This document shows positions 46,341-56,821 of a stretch of 64,000 nt of DNA, piece after piece. Within the stretch, counting starts at the first letter, position 1. Each line of letters opens with the position of its first letter. Below the pieces are notes generated by a model. It was not told the DNA's origin. It saw only the letters and a program-made list of their open reading frames with translations, and searched no databases. The stretch is from Peptococcia bacterium (lineage in GTDB: Bacteria > Bacillota > Peptococcia > DRI-13 > DTU073), in the NCBI GenBank assembly GCA_050951605.1, contig JBMNJJ010000002.1:494661-558660 (forward strand), written 5' to 3'. The position numbers and the translations under genes are program-made.

Positions 46341-48437
46341 GTGGGGAAGATATTAGTTGTAGTAGAATCTCCGGCAAAGGCTAAAACAATTAGTAAATAT
46401 TTAGGGAAAAAGTATATGGTAAAGGCTTCTCTGGGGCATGTTCGCGATTTACCTAAAAGTCAATTTGGTGTTGATGTGGAAAATGATTTTCAAGTAAAAT
46501 ATATCACGATACGAGGCAAGGGCGGAATATTACAGGAGTTAAGAAGTTTAGCACAAAAAAGTGAAGAGGTGCTTCTCGCTACTGACCCGGATCGGGAGGG
46601 AGAAGCTATTGCCTGGCATCTGCAAGAGGCCTTAAAAATTCCTCAAGATAAAAATTGTCGTGTGGAATTTAATGAAATAACTAAAAATAAAGTTGTAGAA
46701 GCATTAAAAGCTCCTCGTAAGATTGATTCGGATAGAGTTGATGCCCAACAAGCAAGAAGAGTATTAGACAGATTAGTTGGTTATAAATTAAGTCCTCTTT
46801 TGTGGCGTAAAATTAAAAGAGGGCTTAGTGCAGGACGTGTTCAGTCGGTAGTTGTTCGTTTAATTTGTGATCGGGAAGAAGAGATTAAGAGTTTTGTTCC
46901 CGAGGAATATTGGACCTTAACGGCAAAATTAAGAAAAAACAAGCGGAGTTTTGAAGTAAAATTAAATAAAATTGGTCAAAAAAAAGCTGAATTGAAAAAT
47001 GAAGCACAGGTTCAAGAAATTATTAAAAAAATTGGTAAGACACCATTTGTTGTTGAAAAAATAAAGAAGAGACAACAGAAAAAGAATCCTGCCCCGCCTT
47101 TTATTACGAGTAGTTTACAGCAAGAGGCTTATCGCAAATTAAATTTTACAGCGAAAAAAACAATGGTAATTGCACAACAGCTTTATGAAGGACTGGAGTT
47201 AGGTAAAAAAGAGGGAACCCAAGGTTTAATTACTTATATGAGAACGGATTCAACTAGAATTAGTGGGGAAGCTATAAAGGAAACTCGGCAGTATATAGAA
47301 AAAAAATTTGGGCAAGAATATCTGCCGGAAAAACCACGGAACTATGTACGCAAGGGGCGAGTTCAGGATGCTCATGAATGTATTAGACCAACTTCGGTTA
47401 TGAGGCGGCCGGAAACATTAAAAAGTTATCTTAAAAGGGACCAATATAGGCTATATAAGCTTATTTGGGAACGTTTTTTGGCTTCACAGTTTGCTTCAGC
47501 CATAATGGAAATAATGTCTCTTGATTTAAAGGTACATGATTATCTTTTTAAAGCAACAGGTTCGCGTATTGTTTTTCCCGGGTATACTAAAATATATGTT
47601 GAAAGTAAAGATAATCAGGAACAAGAGGCTGAGGAGGTTTTTCCTCAATTACAAGAAAAGGAAATAGTAGAGCTAGAAAAGCTGTTGCCTAAACAACATT
47701 TTACTCAGCCACCACCTCGTTATACAGAAGCAACTTTGATTAAAACTTTGGAAGAAAAGGGGATAGGTCGTCCCAGTACATATGCCCCTATTCTTGATAC
47801 GATTGTTTCTAGGGGGTATGTTTTTAAGGAGAAAAAGCAATATGCCCCTACAGAGTTGGGCGGTTTAGTTGTGGAACTTTTAAAAAAGTATTTTACAGAG
47901 GTAATTGATATTAAATTTACAGCAAATATGGAAAATAAATTAGATGCTATTGAAGAGGGGACTAGTGATTGGAAAGAAGTTTTACGACAGTTTTTTGAAC
48001 CTTTCTCTGCTGAGTTGAAAATTGCAGACCAAGAAATTGGGCAAATAGAAGTTGCGGATGAAGTAACTGAAGAAATTTGTGAAAAATGTGGACGCAATAT
48101 GGTTATTAAAAGAGGACGTTATGGAAAATTCTTGGCTTGTCCGGGTTTCCCGGAATGTCGTAATACTAAGTCTTTTCTTGTTAATATTGGTGTTAATTGT
48201 CCCAAGTGTGAGGGTGGTCAAATTGTAGCCCGTCGTTCCAAAAAAGGGAGAAAGTTTTTTGGTTGTAGTAATTATCCTCAATGTGATTTTGTTTCTTGGG
48301 ATGAACCGGTGGATAAAAAATGTCCGGAGTGTGGTCAGATCCTCTTATTAAAAAGAAGTAAAAAAGAGGGAAGTAAATATGTTTGTTCAAACAAGGATTG
48401 TCAGTTTGCTCAAAAAACGGGGAAAAGTAATAAGTAA
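46341..48437 (+). CDS. topA: DNA topoisomerase I
   Basis: Toprim VVESPAKAKTI, DPDREGE, active-site region YMRTDS, and three C-terminal CxxC..CxxC zinc ribbons. Confidence 0.95.
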   Translation: MGKILVVVESPAKAKTISKYLGKKYMVKASLGHVRDLPKSQFGVDVENDFQVKYITIRGKGGILQELRSLAQKSEEVLLATDPDREGEAIAWHLQEALKIPQDKNCRVEFNEITKNKVVEALKAPRKIDSDRVDAQQARRVLDRLVGYKLSPLLWRKIKRGLSAGRVQSVVVRLICDREEEIKSFVPEEYWTLTAKLRKNKRSFEVKLNKIGQKKAELKNEAQVQEIIKKIGKTPFVVEKIKKRQQKKNPAPPFITSSLQQEAYRKLNFTAKKTMVIAQQLYEGLELGKKEGTQGLITYMRTDSTRISGEAIKETRQYIEKKFGQEYLPEKPRNYVRKGRVQDAHECIRPTSVMRRPETLKSYLKRDQYRLYKLIWERFLASQFASAIMEIMSLDLKVHDYLFKATGSRIVFPGYTKIYVESKDNQEQEAEEVFPQLQEKEIVELEKLLPKQHFTQPPPRYTEATLIKTLEEKGIGRPSTYAPILDTIVSRGYVFKEKKQYAPTELGGLVVELLKKYFTEVIDIKFTANMENKLDAIEEGTSDWKEVLRQFFEPFSAELKIADQEIGQIEVADEVTEEICEKCGRNMVIKRGRYGKFLACPGFPECRNTKSFLVNIGVNCPKCEGGQIVARRSKKGRKFFGCSNYPQCDFVSWDEPVDKKCPECGQILLLKRSKKEGSKYVCSNKDCQFAQKTGKSNK

Positions 48438-48496
48438 CATCAAGAGTATTAAAAGAGAATAAGTGTTTAGAAAAGCCGGGTTTAGGACGTGATGTA

Positions 48497-49402
48497 ATGC
48501 TTCTTATTTCTTTGGTAGATAGTTTTATTAGTTATTTGGAAAATGAAAAAAATATGGCACAAATGACTATAAAGGCGTATAATAGCGATTGGAAAGATTT
48601 CTTTAATTATTTAGAAAATGAGTTGAAATATGATATACTATCTTTAGAAATTAAAAAAATCACACATGTTACTGTACGCAAATATCTGGTATATTTAAAT
48701 AGTAAAAATCTTAGTAAAAATACAATTGCTCGTCGTTTAGCGGCACTTAAAAGTTTTTATCGCTATCTTTTGAAGAAAGAGATAATTTATCAGAATCCTC
48801 TTGACCTTGTGTCAACTCCAAAGGTGCCTAAAAAATTGCCCAGATATTTAGATGAGGAGGAAATAGAAAAGGTTTTACAGCAACCTTCTTTATGTAATAA
48901 GGTAGGGTTACGAGATAAAGCGATATTAGAATTATTATATGGCGCCGGAATTAGAGTAAGTGAATTGGTTTCTATGGATTTAGATAATTTAGATTTGTCT
49001 TATGGTTATATTCGGGTTATTGGCAAAGGTAGTCGCGAAAGAATTGTTCCTATTGGTAAAGAAGCCATTAAAGGTATACAAATGTATTTAGAAAAGGCTC
49101 GTCCCCAATGGGCCATGAAAAAACAAAAGGCTCTTTTTGTAAATCAAAAAGGAGGAAGGCTTTCTGATCGTTCGGTAAGAACGATAGTCAAAAAATATTG
49201 TTGCCAAGCCGGTACTAAAGAAATTCTTTCTCCACATGGGTTTCGTCATAGTTTTGCGACACATCTTTTAGATCATGGAGCTGATTTAAGAGTGGTTCAG
49301 GAGTTGTTAGGTCATAAAAAAATTTCCTCTACGCAAATATATACCCATATTTCCCGTAGGAAATTACGTAAAGTGTATCATATGTCTCATCCTAGAGCTT
49401 AG
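48497..49402 (+). CDS. xerC: tyrosine recombinase XerC (CodV-type)
   Basis: R..HGFRHSFATHLL..GADLRVVQELLGH..TQIYTH catalytic set. Position upstream of hslVU-codY. Confidence 0.85.
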   Translation: MLLISLVDSFISYLENEKNMAQMTIKAYNSDWKDFFNYLENELKYDILSLEIKKITHVTVRKYLVYLNSKNLSKNTIARRLAALKSFYRYLLKKEIIYQNPLDLVSTPKVPKKLPRYLDEEEIEKVLQQPSLCNKVGLRDKAILELLYGAGIRVSELVSMDLDNLDLSYGYIRVIGKGSRERIVPIGKEAIKGIQMYLEKARPQWAMKKQKALFVNQKGGRLSDRSVRTIVKKYCCQAGTKEILSPHGFRHSFATHLLDHGADLRVVQELLGHKKISSTQIYTHISRRKLRKVYHMSHPRA

Positions 49403-49416
49403 TGAGGTGAAGAAGC

Positions 49417-49968
49417 ATGTTTCGAGGAACAACAATTATTGGTGTAAAAAAAGGGAATAAGGTTGCATTAGCTGGTGATGGTCAAGTAACATTTGGACAA
49501 AATATTATTATGAAACATCATTCTCAAAAAATCAGAAGGTTGCATCAAGGTAAGGTTATTGCCGGTTTTGCCGGTTCTGTAGCCGATGCATTTGCGTTAT
49601 TTGAAAAATTTGAGAAAAAGTTGGAGGAATATCATGGTAATTTGCCCAGGGCAGCTGTAGAACTAGCTAAAAGTTGGCGTACAGATAAAGCTTTGCGAAA
49701 TTTAGAAGCGATGTTGGTTGTTGCGGATAAGGATAATTTGCTAATAATTTCTGGTACGGGAGAGGTTATTGAACCTGATGATGGTATAGCTGCAATTGGT
49801 TCAGGTGGACCGTATGCTTTGGCTGCAGCTAAAGCTTTATTAAAGCATACTGCTTGCTCTCCGGGAGAAATAGTTAAAACAGCTATGGAAATTGCTGCTT
49901 CAATTTGTGTATATACGAATAATTGTCTTACTGTAGAGATGATAGAAGAAGTAGGAAAAGAGGGTTAG
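49417..49968 (+). CDS. hslV: ATP-dependent protease subunit HslV (ClpQ)
   Basis: TTIIGV N-terminal nucleophile region, [12 protein letters not shown]. Confidence 0.9.
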   Translation: MFRGTTIIGVKKGNKVALAGDGQVTFGQNIIMKHHSQKIRRLHQGKVIAGFAGSVADAFALFEKFEKKLEEYHGNLPRAAVELAKSWRTDKALRNLEAMLVVADKDNLLIISGTGEVIEPDDGIAAIGSGGPYALAAAKALLKHTACSPGEIVKTAMEIAASICVYTNNCLTVEMIEEVGKEG

Positions 49969-49970
49969 TT

Positions 49971-51362
49971 ATGTCTAAGGAATTTACTCCCAGAGAAATC
50001 GTAGAAGAATTGGATAAATATATTGTAGGACAAGAGGAAGCAAAAAAAAGTGTAGCGATTGCTTTACGGAATCGGTTTAGGAGAAATAAACTTCCCGAGG
50101 ATATATGTGAGGAAGTTGTACCCAAAAACATTCTTATGATTGGACCTACAGGTGTAGGGAAAACAGAAATTGCGAGGAGATTAGCCCGTTTAGTTAAAGC
50201 TCCTTTTATTAAAGTGGAAGCTACTAAGTTTACGGAAGTTGGTTATGTAGGACGAGATGTGGAGTCTATGGTTAGGGACTTGGTAGAAATATCAATTAGA
50301 ATGGTAAAACAGGAAAAAATTAAAACAGTAGAGCAACAAGCTTCTCGCATAGCCGACGATTCACTTGTAGAAATTTTAGTTCCTAGGTTAAAACGTACTT
50401 CCACAGGGACGACGAATCCTTTTGAAGTTCTATTTGGTAATTCTCCAGTTCCGCAAGAAGACTTGGAAGAAGTAGGAGACGAGTTAACAATAAAAAGAAA
50501 AGCAATCAAAGAAAAGTTATTAAAAGGTGAGTTGGATAAGGAATATGTAGAAATTGAGGTTGAGGACTCTCCTGCTTCAAGTATGGATTTTTTTGTAGGA
50601 AGCAGTTTAGAGGACTTAGGGGTTAATTTTCAAGATATGTTTGGCAATCTTTTTCCTAAGAAAAAGAGGAAGAAAAAAGTACCTGTATTACAGGCTCGTA
50701 ACATTCTTACGCAAGCCGAAGCGCAAAAATTAATTGATATGGAGGAGGTTATTAATGAATCTATTAAACGTACCGAGCAAAACGGGATTATTTTTATAGA
50801 TGAAATGGATAAAATAGCAGGTAAAGATAGTTATGGTCCAGATATTTCTAGAGGAGGTGTACAAAGGGATATTCTGCCAATTGTAGAAGGGTCAACAGTA
50901 ATGACTAAATATGGGCCTGTGAAAACAGATTACATTCTTTTTATTGCTGCAGGAGCTTTTCATATGAGTAAACCATCAGATTTAATCCCCGAGTTGCAAG
51001 GCCGTTTTCCGATACGTGTAGAATTAGAAAGTTTAAAATGTGAGGATTTTAAATTAATTTTAGTTCAACCACGTAATTCATTGATTAAACAATATAAAGA
51101 GTTATTAAAAACAGAGGGGGTATTGCTAGAATTTACTGAAAATGCTATTGAAGAAATTGCAGAAATTGCGTATACTGTAAATAGTCAAACAGAAAATATT
51201 GGTGCTCGGCGACTTCATACGATTATGGAAAAATTATTAGAAGAGATACTTTTTGATGCGCCGGAAAGGGTACAAAAAAAGATAATTATAGACCATAATT
51301 ATGTGCAAAAAAGATTGAGTTCTATTGTTTCTAATGAAGATTTAAGCCGATATATTTTGTAA
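49971..51362 (+). CDS. hslU: ATP-dependent protease ATPase subunit HslU (ClpY)
   Basis: [44 protein letters not shown] 49971 sits just after the hslV stop. Confidence 0.95.
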   Translation: MSKEFTPREIVEELDKYIVGQEEAKKSVAIALRNRFRRNKLPEDICEEVVPKNILMIGPTGVGKTEIARRLARLVKAPFIKVEATKFTEVGYVGRDVESMVRDLVEISIRMVKQEKIKTVEQQASRIADDSLVEILVPRLKRTSTGTTNPFEVLFGNSPVPQEDLEEVGDELTIKRKAIKEKLLKGELDKEYVEIEVEDSPASSMDFFVGSSLEDLGVNFQDMFGNLFPKKKRKKKVPVLQARNILTQAEAQKLIDMEEVINESIKRTEQNGIIFIDEMDKIAGKDSYGPDISRGGVQRDILPIVEGSTVMTKYGPVKTDYILFIAAGAFHMSKPSDLIPELQGRFPIRVELESLKCEDFKLILVQPRNSLIKQYKELLKTEGVLLEFTENAIEEIAEIAYTVNSQTENIGARRLHTIMEKLLEEILFDAPERVQKKIIIDHNYVQKRLSSIVSNEDLSRYIL

Positions 51363-51384
51363 TTTTAAAGAGGAGGAAAAAATA

Positions 51385-52170
51385 ATGAAAACGCTTTTAG
51401 AAAAAACACGTACAGTCAATAAACTTTTACAAAAAACAGCGGGCAACCCGGTAGAGTTTACGGAAATGTCTAAAGTATTGAGTGACTTGATTGACTGCAA
51501 TATTTATATTGTAGGGAGAAGGGGTAAAATTTTAGGTTATGCCTTTATGGATGGCTTTACTTGCCCTGCAATTGAGGATATTGTGATGAAAACAGAAAGG
51601 TTTCCGGAGTCTTATAATGAAGATTTAATGAGAATAACTCAGACTTATGCTAATATCAAGAAAGAAGAGGCAGCATGTATTTTTAGCGAAGAATGTGATT
51701 GTGATTTTAAAGATAAAATTACTACAGTTATTCCCATTATGGGCGGTGGCGAAAGGCAAGGAACTTTATTATTGGTTAAATATGAGAATGAATTTAATCA
51801 TCAAGATTTAATTTTAGGTGAATATGGAGCTACCGTAATCGGAATGGAAATCCTTCGTTCTAAGGCAGAGCGAATTGAAGAAGAAGCTAGACGCAAAGCA
51901 GCAGTACAGGTGGCAATTGGAACTCTTTCTTATTCCGAATTAGAGGCTATTGAGCACATTTTTGCTGAATTAGATGGGCAGGAAGGTTTATTGGTAGCTA
52001 GTAAAATTGCTGACCGTGTAGGTATTACTCGTTCAGTGATTGTGAATGCTTTAAGAAAATTTGAAAGTGCCGGTGTGATTGAATCTAAATCTTTAGGGAT
52101 GAAAGGAACTTACATTAGGATTCTTAATGAAAACTTATTGGAAGAACTTTCTAAAGCAAGATTACCGTAA
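51385..52170 (+). CDS. codY: GTP-sensing pleiotropic repressor CodY
   Basis: GAF-like N-domain and w[43 protein letters not shown]. Confidence 0.95.
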   Translation: MKTLLEKTRTVNKLLQKTAGNPVEFTEMSKVLSDLIDCNIYIVGRRGKILGYAFMDGFTCPAIEDIVMKTERFPESYNEDLMRITQTYANIKKEEAACIFSEECDCDFKDKITTVIPIMGGGERQGTLLLVKYENEFNHQDLILGEYGATVIGMEILRSKAERIEEEARRKAAVQVAIGTLSYSELEAIEHIFAELDGQEGLLVASKIADRVGITRSVIVNALRKFESAGVIESKSLGMKGTYIRILNENLLEELSKARLP

Positions 52171-52196
52171 AACTTAAAAAGATGTGAGTTTAAAAT

Positions 52197-52235
52197 AAAA
52201 GGTTATAGTTTTAAAACTATAACCTTTTATTTTTA
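52197..52235 (+). terminator. rho-independent terminator after codY
   Basis: 14-bp stem aaaaggttatagtt / aactataacctttt followed by a T-rich tail. Confidence 0.75.
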
Positions 52236-52327
52236 AAAAATTATTGTTTTTAGAAAAGGAATTTGCTGAAATAACTAGAATTTATATATTTAGTGTCAAT
52301 TTTTATTTTGTGTGGATGTGATTAGTA

Positions 52328-52720
52328 ATGATGAAGATGAATTTAATGAATTTGTTAGAGAAGGCTATGGATGGCAGTGTTTTGCGGCATAATGTTCTTA
52401 ATAATAATATTACTAATGCTAATACGCCCGGTTTTAAAAGAAGTGATGTAAATTTTCGTTCTTCACTAGATGAGGCGATGAAGTCACAGTTAAAATTAAA
52501 AACAACTAGACCTGTACATTTTAAATCTAGTACGATAATGGCCGGAGCAAAAATTATTCATGACCAAACAACAAGTTTACGTAGTGACGGTAATAATATT
52601 GATATAGATATTGAATTGGCTAATTTAGCTGAAAACAACCTTTATTTTAACAGTCTTGCTCACTTTTTGTCTTCTCAGCTTGCTTTGTTAAGACAATCTA
52701 TATCTGAAGGGAGGCGTTAA
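52328..52720 (+). CDS. flgB: flagellar basal-body rod protein FlgB
   Basis: NNITNANTPGFKR, C-terminal ..NNLYFNSL.. The start is one of ATG 52328, 52331 or 52337. Confidence 0.85.
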   Translation: MMKMNLMNLLEKAMDGSVLRHNVLNNNITNANTPGFKRSDVNFRSSLDEAMKSQLKLKTTRPVHFKSSTIMAGAKIIHDQTTSLRSDGNNIDIDIELANLAENNLYFNSLAHFLSSQLALLRQSISEGRR

Positions 52721-52723
52721 GGA

Positions 52724-53170
52724 ATGAGTCTTTTTAAATCTTTAGGTATAAGTGCTTCAGGGCTTAGTGCGGAACGTTTACGTCTGGATGTTATTTCTTC
52801 TAATATCGCTAATGCTAATTCAACACAAACGGTTAAGGGAGGTCCTTACCGAAGGCGAGTGGCACTTCTTGCTCCACAAAAAAATGAAGAAGTATTTAAA
52901 AACATTTTACAAGATTCCTTAAAAAATATACCATCTTATAGTGGAGTTAGAGTAACAGGTATTATTGAGGACTCTTCACCTTTGAAAAGAGTTTATGACC
53001 CTCATCATCCACATGCTTCGGCAGATGGATATGTTGAATATCCTAATGTTGATGTGATGAAAGAAATGGTAGAATTAATTACAGCTTCTCGAGCTTATGA
53101 GGCCAATGTTACTGCACTTAATTCTACCAAGAATATGTTTTTAAAAACCTTAGAAATAGGACGTGCTTAA
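52724..53170 (+). CDS. flgC: flagellar basal-body rod protein FlgC
   Basis: ISASGLSAERLRLDVISSNIANANST, YPNVD, ASRAYEANV. Confidence 0.9.
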   Translation: MSLFKSLGISASGLSAERLRLDVISSNIANANSTQTVKGGPYRRRVALLAPQKNEEVFKNILQDSLKNIPSYSGVRVTGIIEDSSPLKRVYDPHHPHASADGYVEYPNVDVMKEMVELITASRAYEANVTALNSTKNMFLKTLEIGRA

Positions 53171-53181
53171 GGAGATAGCCA

Positions 53182-53475
53182 ATGGAAATTAAAGGGATAA
53201 GTTCATTACAGGCTGTTGGATCCGAAAAATATTTAAATCAAGCTAAAGATAATGTACAGAATTTTGGTGACTTTTTAAAAGATGCTTTGAGTAAAGTAAA
53301 TACATCTCAATTACAGGCTGAGCAGTTAACTTATGATTTTGTTATTGGTAATAATGTGGAGTTGCATCAAGTTGTTTTGGCGACAGAAAAAGCTGCTCTT
53401 GCTTTACAATTAACAGTACAAATTAAAAACAAAGTAGTGGAAGCATACCAAGAAATAATGAGAATGCAGGTATAA
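53182..53475 (+). CDS. fliE: flagellar hook-basal body complex protein FliE
   Basis: 97 aa. FGDFLKDAL..V and C-terminal ..KNKVVEAYQEIMRMQV. Confidence 0.85.
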   Translation: MEIKGISSLQAVGSEKYLNQAKDNVQNFGDFLKDALSKVNTSQLQAEQLTYDFVIGNNVELHQVVLATEKAALALQLTVQIKNKVVEAYQEIMRMQV

Positions 53476-53491
53476 TCCTTGAGGTGAGACA

Positions 53492-55042
53492 ATGGGTTTA
53501 GGGGCTCAATTTCAAGACCAAATAAATAATGTGTGGCAAAATTTTTCTAAAAGGCAAAAGGCTACTATTTTAATTATAGTTCTTTTATTTTTTGTTATAG
53601 TAATAGGACTAATCTTCGTCAATCAGCCTAAAATGGAAGTGCTTTATTCCGGGTTAAGTCCGGAAAATGCTCAGGCACTTACTGCAAAATTAAAGGAAAT
53701 GAAAGTACCTTATCAATTAGCTGATGAAGGTAAAACTATTTTAGTGAGAGCTGAGGATAAATATCAATTACGTTTAGATATGGCAAGTCAGGTTAATTTA
53801 ACGGGTGTGATTGGTTTTGAATCTTTTAATGAAACTCGTTTTGGAGAAACGGATACTGATAAACGGGTTCGGTATCTTGTAGCTTTACAAGGTGAGCTGA
53901 CGCGCACTATCGAATACCTTGATGCAGTAGAAACAGCTAAAATACATATTGTTATACCTGAGAAGTCCTTATTTATTCGTGATGAGAAAGAGGCTACAGC
54001 ATCTGTATTGCTTCGCTTAAAGCCTTATGCTAGCTTAAGACCTGAACAAGTAAAGTCAATTATGTCTTTTGTTAGTCATAGTGTTGAAGGTCTTAAATTG
54101 AAAAATGTTACAGTAATGGATGTTAACGGGAATTTACTTTCAGAAGATATAGCTGATAGTTTTTCACGGAATTTTACGCAAGTTTCGGCTAACCAGCTTG
54201 CGTTAAAACAGCAATATGAAAAGGAAACGGCTAAATCCGTACAAACTATGTTGGAAAAAATATTAGGGCCAGAGAAAGCTGTTGTTAGAGCTAGTGTTTC
54301 TATGGACTTTGATCAGGTGGAAACCCATTCAGAAAAATATGGTGACCCCTTCCTTGTTAGTGAACAGATTAAAGAAGAAAGTTCTCGAGGTGGCTCACAA
54401 CCGCTAGGAGGAAATCCTGCTGATGCAAATATGGCAGGTCCTAGCTATGGCGAGATCGGTTCAGGGACAAGTGAACATGAGTTAATAGAAACAATGCGTA
54501 ATTATGATGCCGGTAAAACAATAGAAACAAAAATTACTGCTCCGGGTAAAATTACAAATATTTCTTTATCTGTGCTTATTGATGGAAATTTAACACCGGA
54601 GGAAGAAAGTAATATTAAAAAAGTTGTAGCTGATGCTGCAGGTGTAAATATAGATAGAGGTGACCAGGTTTCAGTTGTTGCAATGCCTTTTAATACTAAA
54701 GATACTTCAAAGATGGAAGAAGAATTAGCTAAAAGGGAATCTTTTCAACAAAGAATGGAATATTTAAAAATGTTACAGACTCCTTTAATTATTCTTTTGC
54801 TGCTAGGGATATCAGTTTTTATTGTGCGTCGATTGGGAGAAGTGGCTTCGGAAAAAAAGCGTTATATGGCGAAGGATGCTCAAGAAATAGCAGCTCTCAG
54901 TGATGATGATATTAATGTTAAATTGACCTTATCTCCTGAGGCTATGGAAAAGAAAGCTATCCAGAAACAAGTAGATAACCTTATTAAAAAGGCTCCTGAA
55001 GAAGTTGCTAAAGTAGTAAAGACCTGGTTAGCCGAAGAGTAG
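53492..55042 (+). CDS. fliF: flagellar M-ring protein FliF
   Basis: N-terminal TM, YscJ/FliF domain (LYSGLSPENAQALTAKLKEMKVPY), second TM near the C-terminus. Confidence 0.9.
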   Translation: MGLGAQFQDQINNVWQNFSKRQKATILIIVLLFFVIVIGLIFVNQPKMEVLYSGLSPENAQALTAKLKEMKVPYQLADEGKTILVRAEDKYQLRLDMASQVNLTGVIGFESFNETRFGETDTDKRVRYLVALQGELTRTIEYLDAVETAKIHIVIPEKSLFIRDEKEATASVLLRLKPYASLRPEQVKSIMSFVSHSVEGLKLKNVTVMDVNGNLLSEDIADSFSRNFTQVSANQLALKQQYEKETAKSVQTMLEKILGPEKAVVRASVSMDFDQVETHSEKYGDPFLVSEQIKEESSRGGSQPLGGNPADANMAGPSYGEIGSGTSEHELIETMRNYDAGKTIETKITAPGKITNISLSVLIDGNLTPEEESNIKKVVADAAGVNIDRGDQVSVVAMPFNTKDTSKMEEELAKRESFQQRMEYLKMLQTPLIILLLLGISVFIVRRLGEVASEKKRYMAKDAQEIAALSDDDINVKLTLSPEAMEKKAIQKQVDNLIKKAPEEVAKVVKTWLAEE

Positions 55043-55044
55043 AG

Positions 55045-56064
55045 GTGATAATATTGGGAAGTAGTCAGCAGTTAACAGGACGTCAAAAAGCTTCTGTTTT
55101 TATGATCAGTTTGGGACCTGAAAAGTCGGCACAAGTGATGAAATATCTTAACGAAGAAGAAATAGAAAGACTTACCTTAGAGATAGCTAGTGTAAGAAAT
55201 ATTGATAATGAACAATTAGAGAGTGTTACAAAAGAGTTTACGGAACTTTATATGGCTTCTCATTATATAGCACAAGGTGGCATAGAGTATGCACAAGAAG
55301 TTTTGGAAAAGGCATTAGGAAATGAGAAAGCTATTGCCATCATTAACCATCTTTCCTCCAATTTACAAATAAAACCGTTTGATTTTATCAGAAAAACGGA
55401 TCCGGGTCAGGTTTTGAATTTTATTCAGGGCGAACATGCACAGACGATAGCCTTAATAATGTCTTATCTTGACCCGGAACAAGCTGCGATAATTTTATCT
55501 GCTCTACCTAGTGAACGACAAACTGAAGTCGCTAGGCGAATAGCGATTATGGATAGTACTTCTCCGGAAATAATTAGAGAAGTTGAAAATACCTTGGAGA
55601 AAAAGATTACTACCTTAGGTACTCAAGATTACACAAGTGCCGGGGGTATTAATTCAATAGTTGATATTTTGAATAATGTGGATAGGTCAACAGAAAAGAC
55701 AATATTAGAGACTTTAGAAGTACAGGACCCTGTTTTGTCAGAAGAAATTAAAAAATTAATGTTTGTTTTTGAAGATATTATTAAAATGGATGATCGTAGT
55801 ATTCAGTTAGTGCTTCGTGAGGTGGAAAGTAAAGATTTAGCGTTAGCACTTAAGGGTGCTGGGGAAGAAGTAAAAGATAAAGTTAAAAAGAATATGTCTA
55901 AACGTGCTGCAGAAATGTTAGAAGAAGAAATAGTTTTCTTAGGACCGGTTCGTTTAAGGGATGTGGAAGATGCTCAACAGCGAATCGTTACTGTGATTCG
56001 TCGTCTAGAAGAATCAGGAGAGATTATTATTTCCCGCGGAGGGGGAGACGAGATTATTGAGTAA
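55045..56064 (+). CDS. fliG: flagellar motor switch protein FliG
   Basis: LTGRQKASVFMISLG, EHAQTIALIMSYL, MSKRAAEMLEEE. Confidence 0.9.
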   Translation: MIILGSSQQLTGRQKASVFMISLGPEKSAQVMKYLNEEEIERLTLEIASVRNIDNEQLESVTKEFTELYMASHYIAQGGIEYAQEVLEKALGNEKAIAIINHLSSNLQIKPFDFIRKTDPGQVLNFIQGEHAQTIALIMSYLDPEQAAIILSALPSERQTEVARRIAIMDSTSPEIIREVENTLEKKITTLGTQDYTSAGGINSIVDILNNVDRSTEKTILETLEVQDPVLSEEIKKLMFVFEDIIKMDDRSIQLVLREVESKDLALALKGAGEEVKDKVKKNMSKRAAEMLEEEIVFLGPVRLRDVEDAQQRIVTVIRRLEESGEIIISRGGGDEIIE

Positions 56065-56821
56065 GGTTATCAAATCTTGTTTTGTTAAAAAGAAAGAAAA
56101 AAAGAGTTTAGGGACAAACGATTCTTTTGCCAAAGCTTCTTTTGGTGAAAGTCAAGGTGAGTTTACTAGAGAAACAGCACATGCTATTTATCAGGAAACG
56201 AAAATGATGATGGAAGAATTAGTTAGTGAGGCCCAAAAAAAAGCAAAAGCAATAATTTGTGAAGCAGAAAGAGGGGTAGAAAAGTTAAAACAGGAAAGTC
56301 AGGTTGAGTATGAACAAGTAAAAAAGACGGCTTATCAAGAAGGGGTACAATCGGGATACGAAGAAGGGATGAAAAAAGCAGAAGAAGAAATAAAAGTTTT
56401 AGCAGAAGAAACAAAGAGATTAGCAAAAAATTTAGGTGATTATAAAGTAAAATATATGCAGGAAAATGCCGAAGAAATTATTACTTTGGTTTTGACTATT
56501 GCCAAAAAAATTATTAATACAATTGTGGAGTTAAAACCGGAAATTATCTGTAATATTGTTAAAAATGTTTTGGAGGAAGCAGGCGATGCAGAAAAGTTGA
56601 TAGTTAAAGTTAATCCACTTCATTTACCTTATTTAGATGTTTATGACCAGCAATATCAAGAGATGAGCACAGGCAAACTTTGTTTTGAAGGAGACTCTGA
56701 AGTTGAGTTGGGAGGATGTGTCCTTGTTACAGAAAATGGGTTTATTGATGCTCAAATAGATGAGCAATTACTTCTTTTAAAAAAAGCACTAAAGGAAGAA
56801 AGTAATTATGTTGAACTTTGA
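56057..56821 (+). CDS. fliH: flagellar assembly protein FliH
   Basis: Position between fliG and fliI. Charged coiled-coil N-half plus a FliH/V-ATPase-E-like C-half. Confidence 0.75.
   Translation: MSKVIKSCFVKKKEKKSLGTNDSFAKASFGESQGEFTRETAHAIYQETKMMMEELVSEAQKKAKAIICEAERGVEKLKQESQVEYEQVKKTAYQEGVQSGYEEGMKKAEEEIKVLAEETKRLAKNLGDYKVKYMQENAEEIITLVLTIAKKIINTIVELKPEIICNIVKNVLEEAGDAEKLIVKVNPLHLPYLDVYDQQYQEMSTGKLCFEGDSEVELGGCVLVTENGFIDAQIDEQLLLLKKALKEESNYVEL

Noticed and set aside
48497-49402. Tyrosine recombinase as a sign of an integrated mobile element.
   Set aside because: It sits in the conserved codV(xerC)-hslV-hslU-codY arrangement. There are no flanking repeats, no tRNA-adjacent att site, and no phage or transposon genes.
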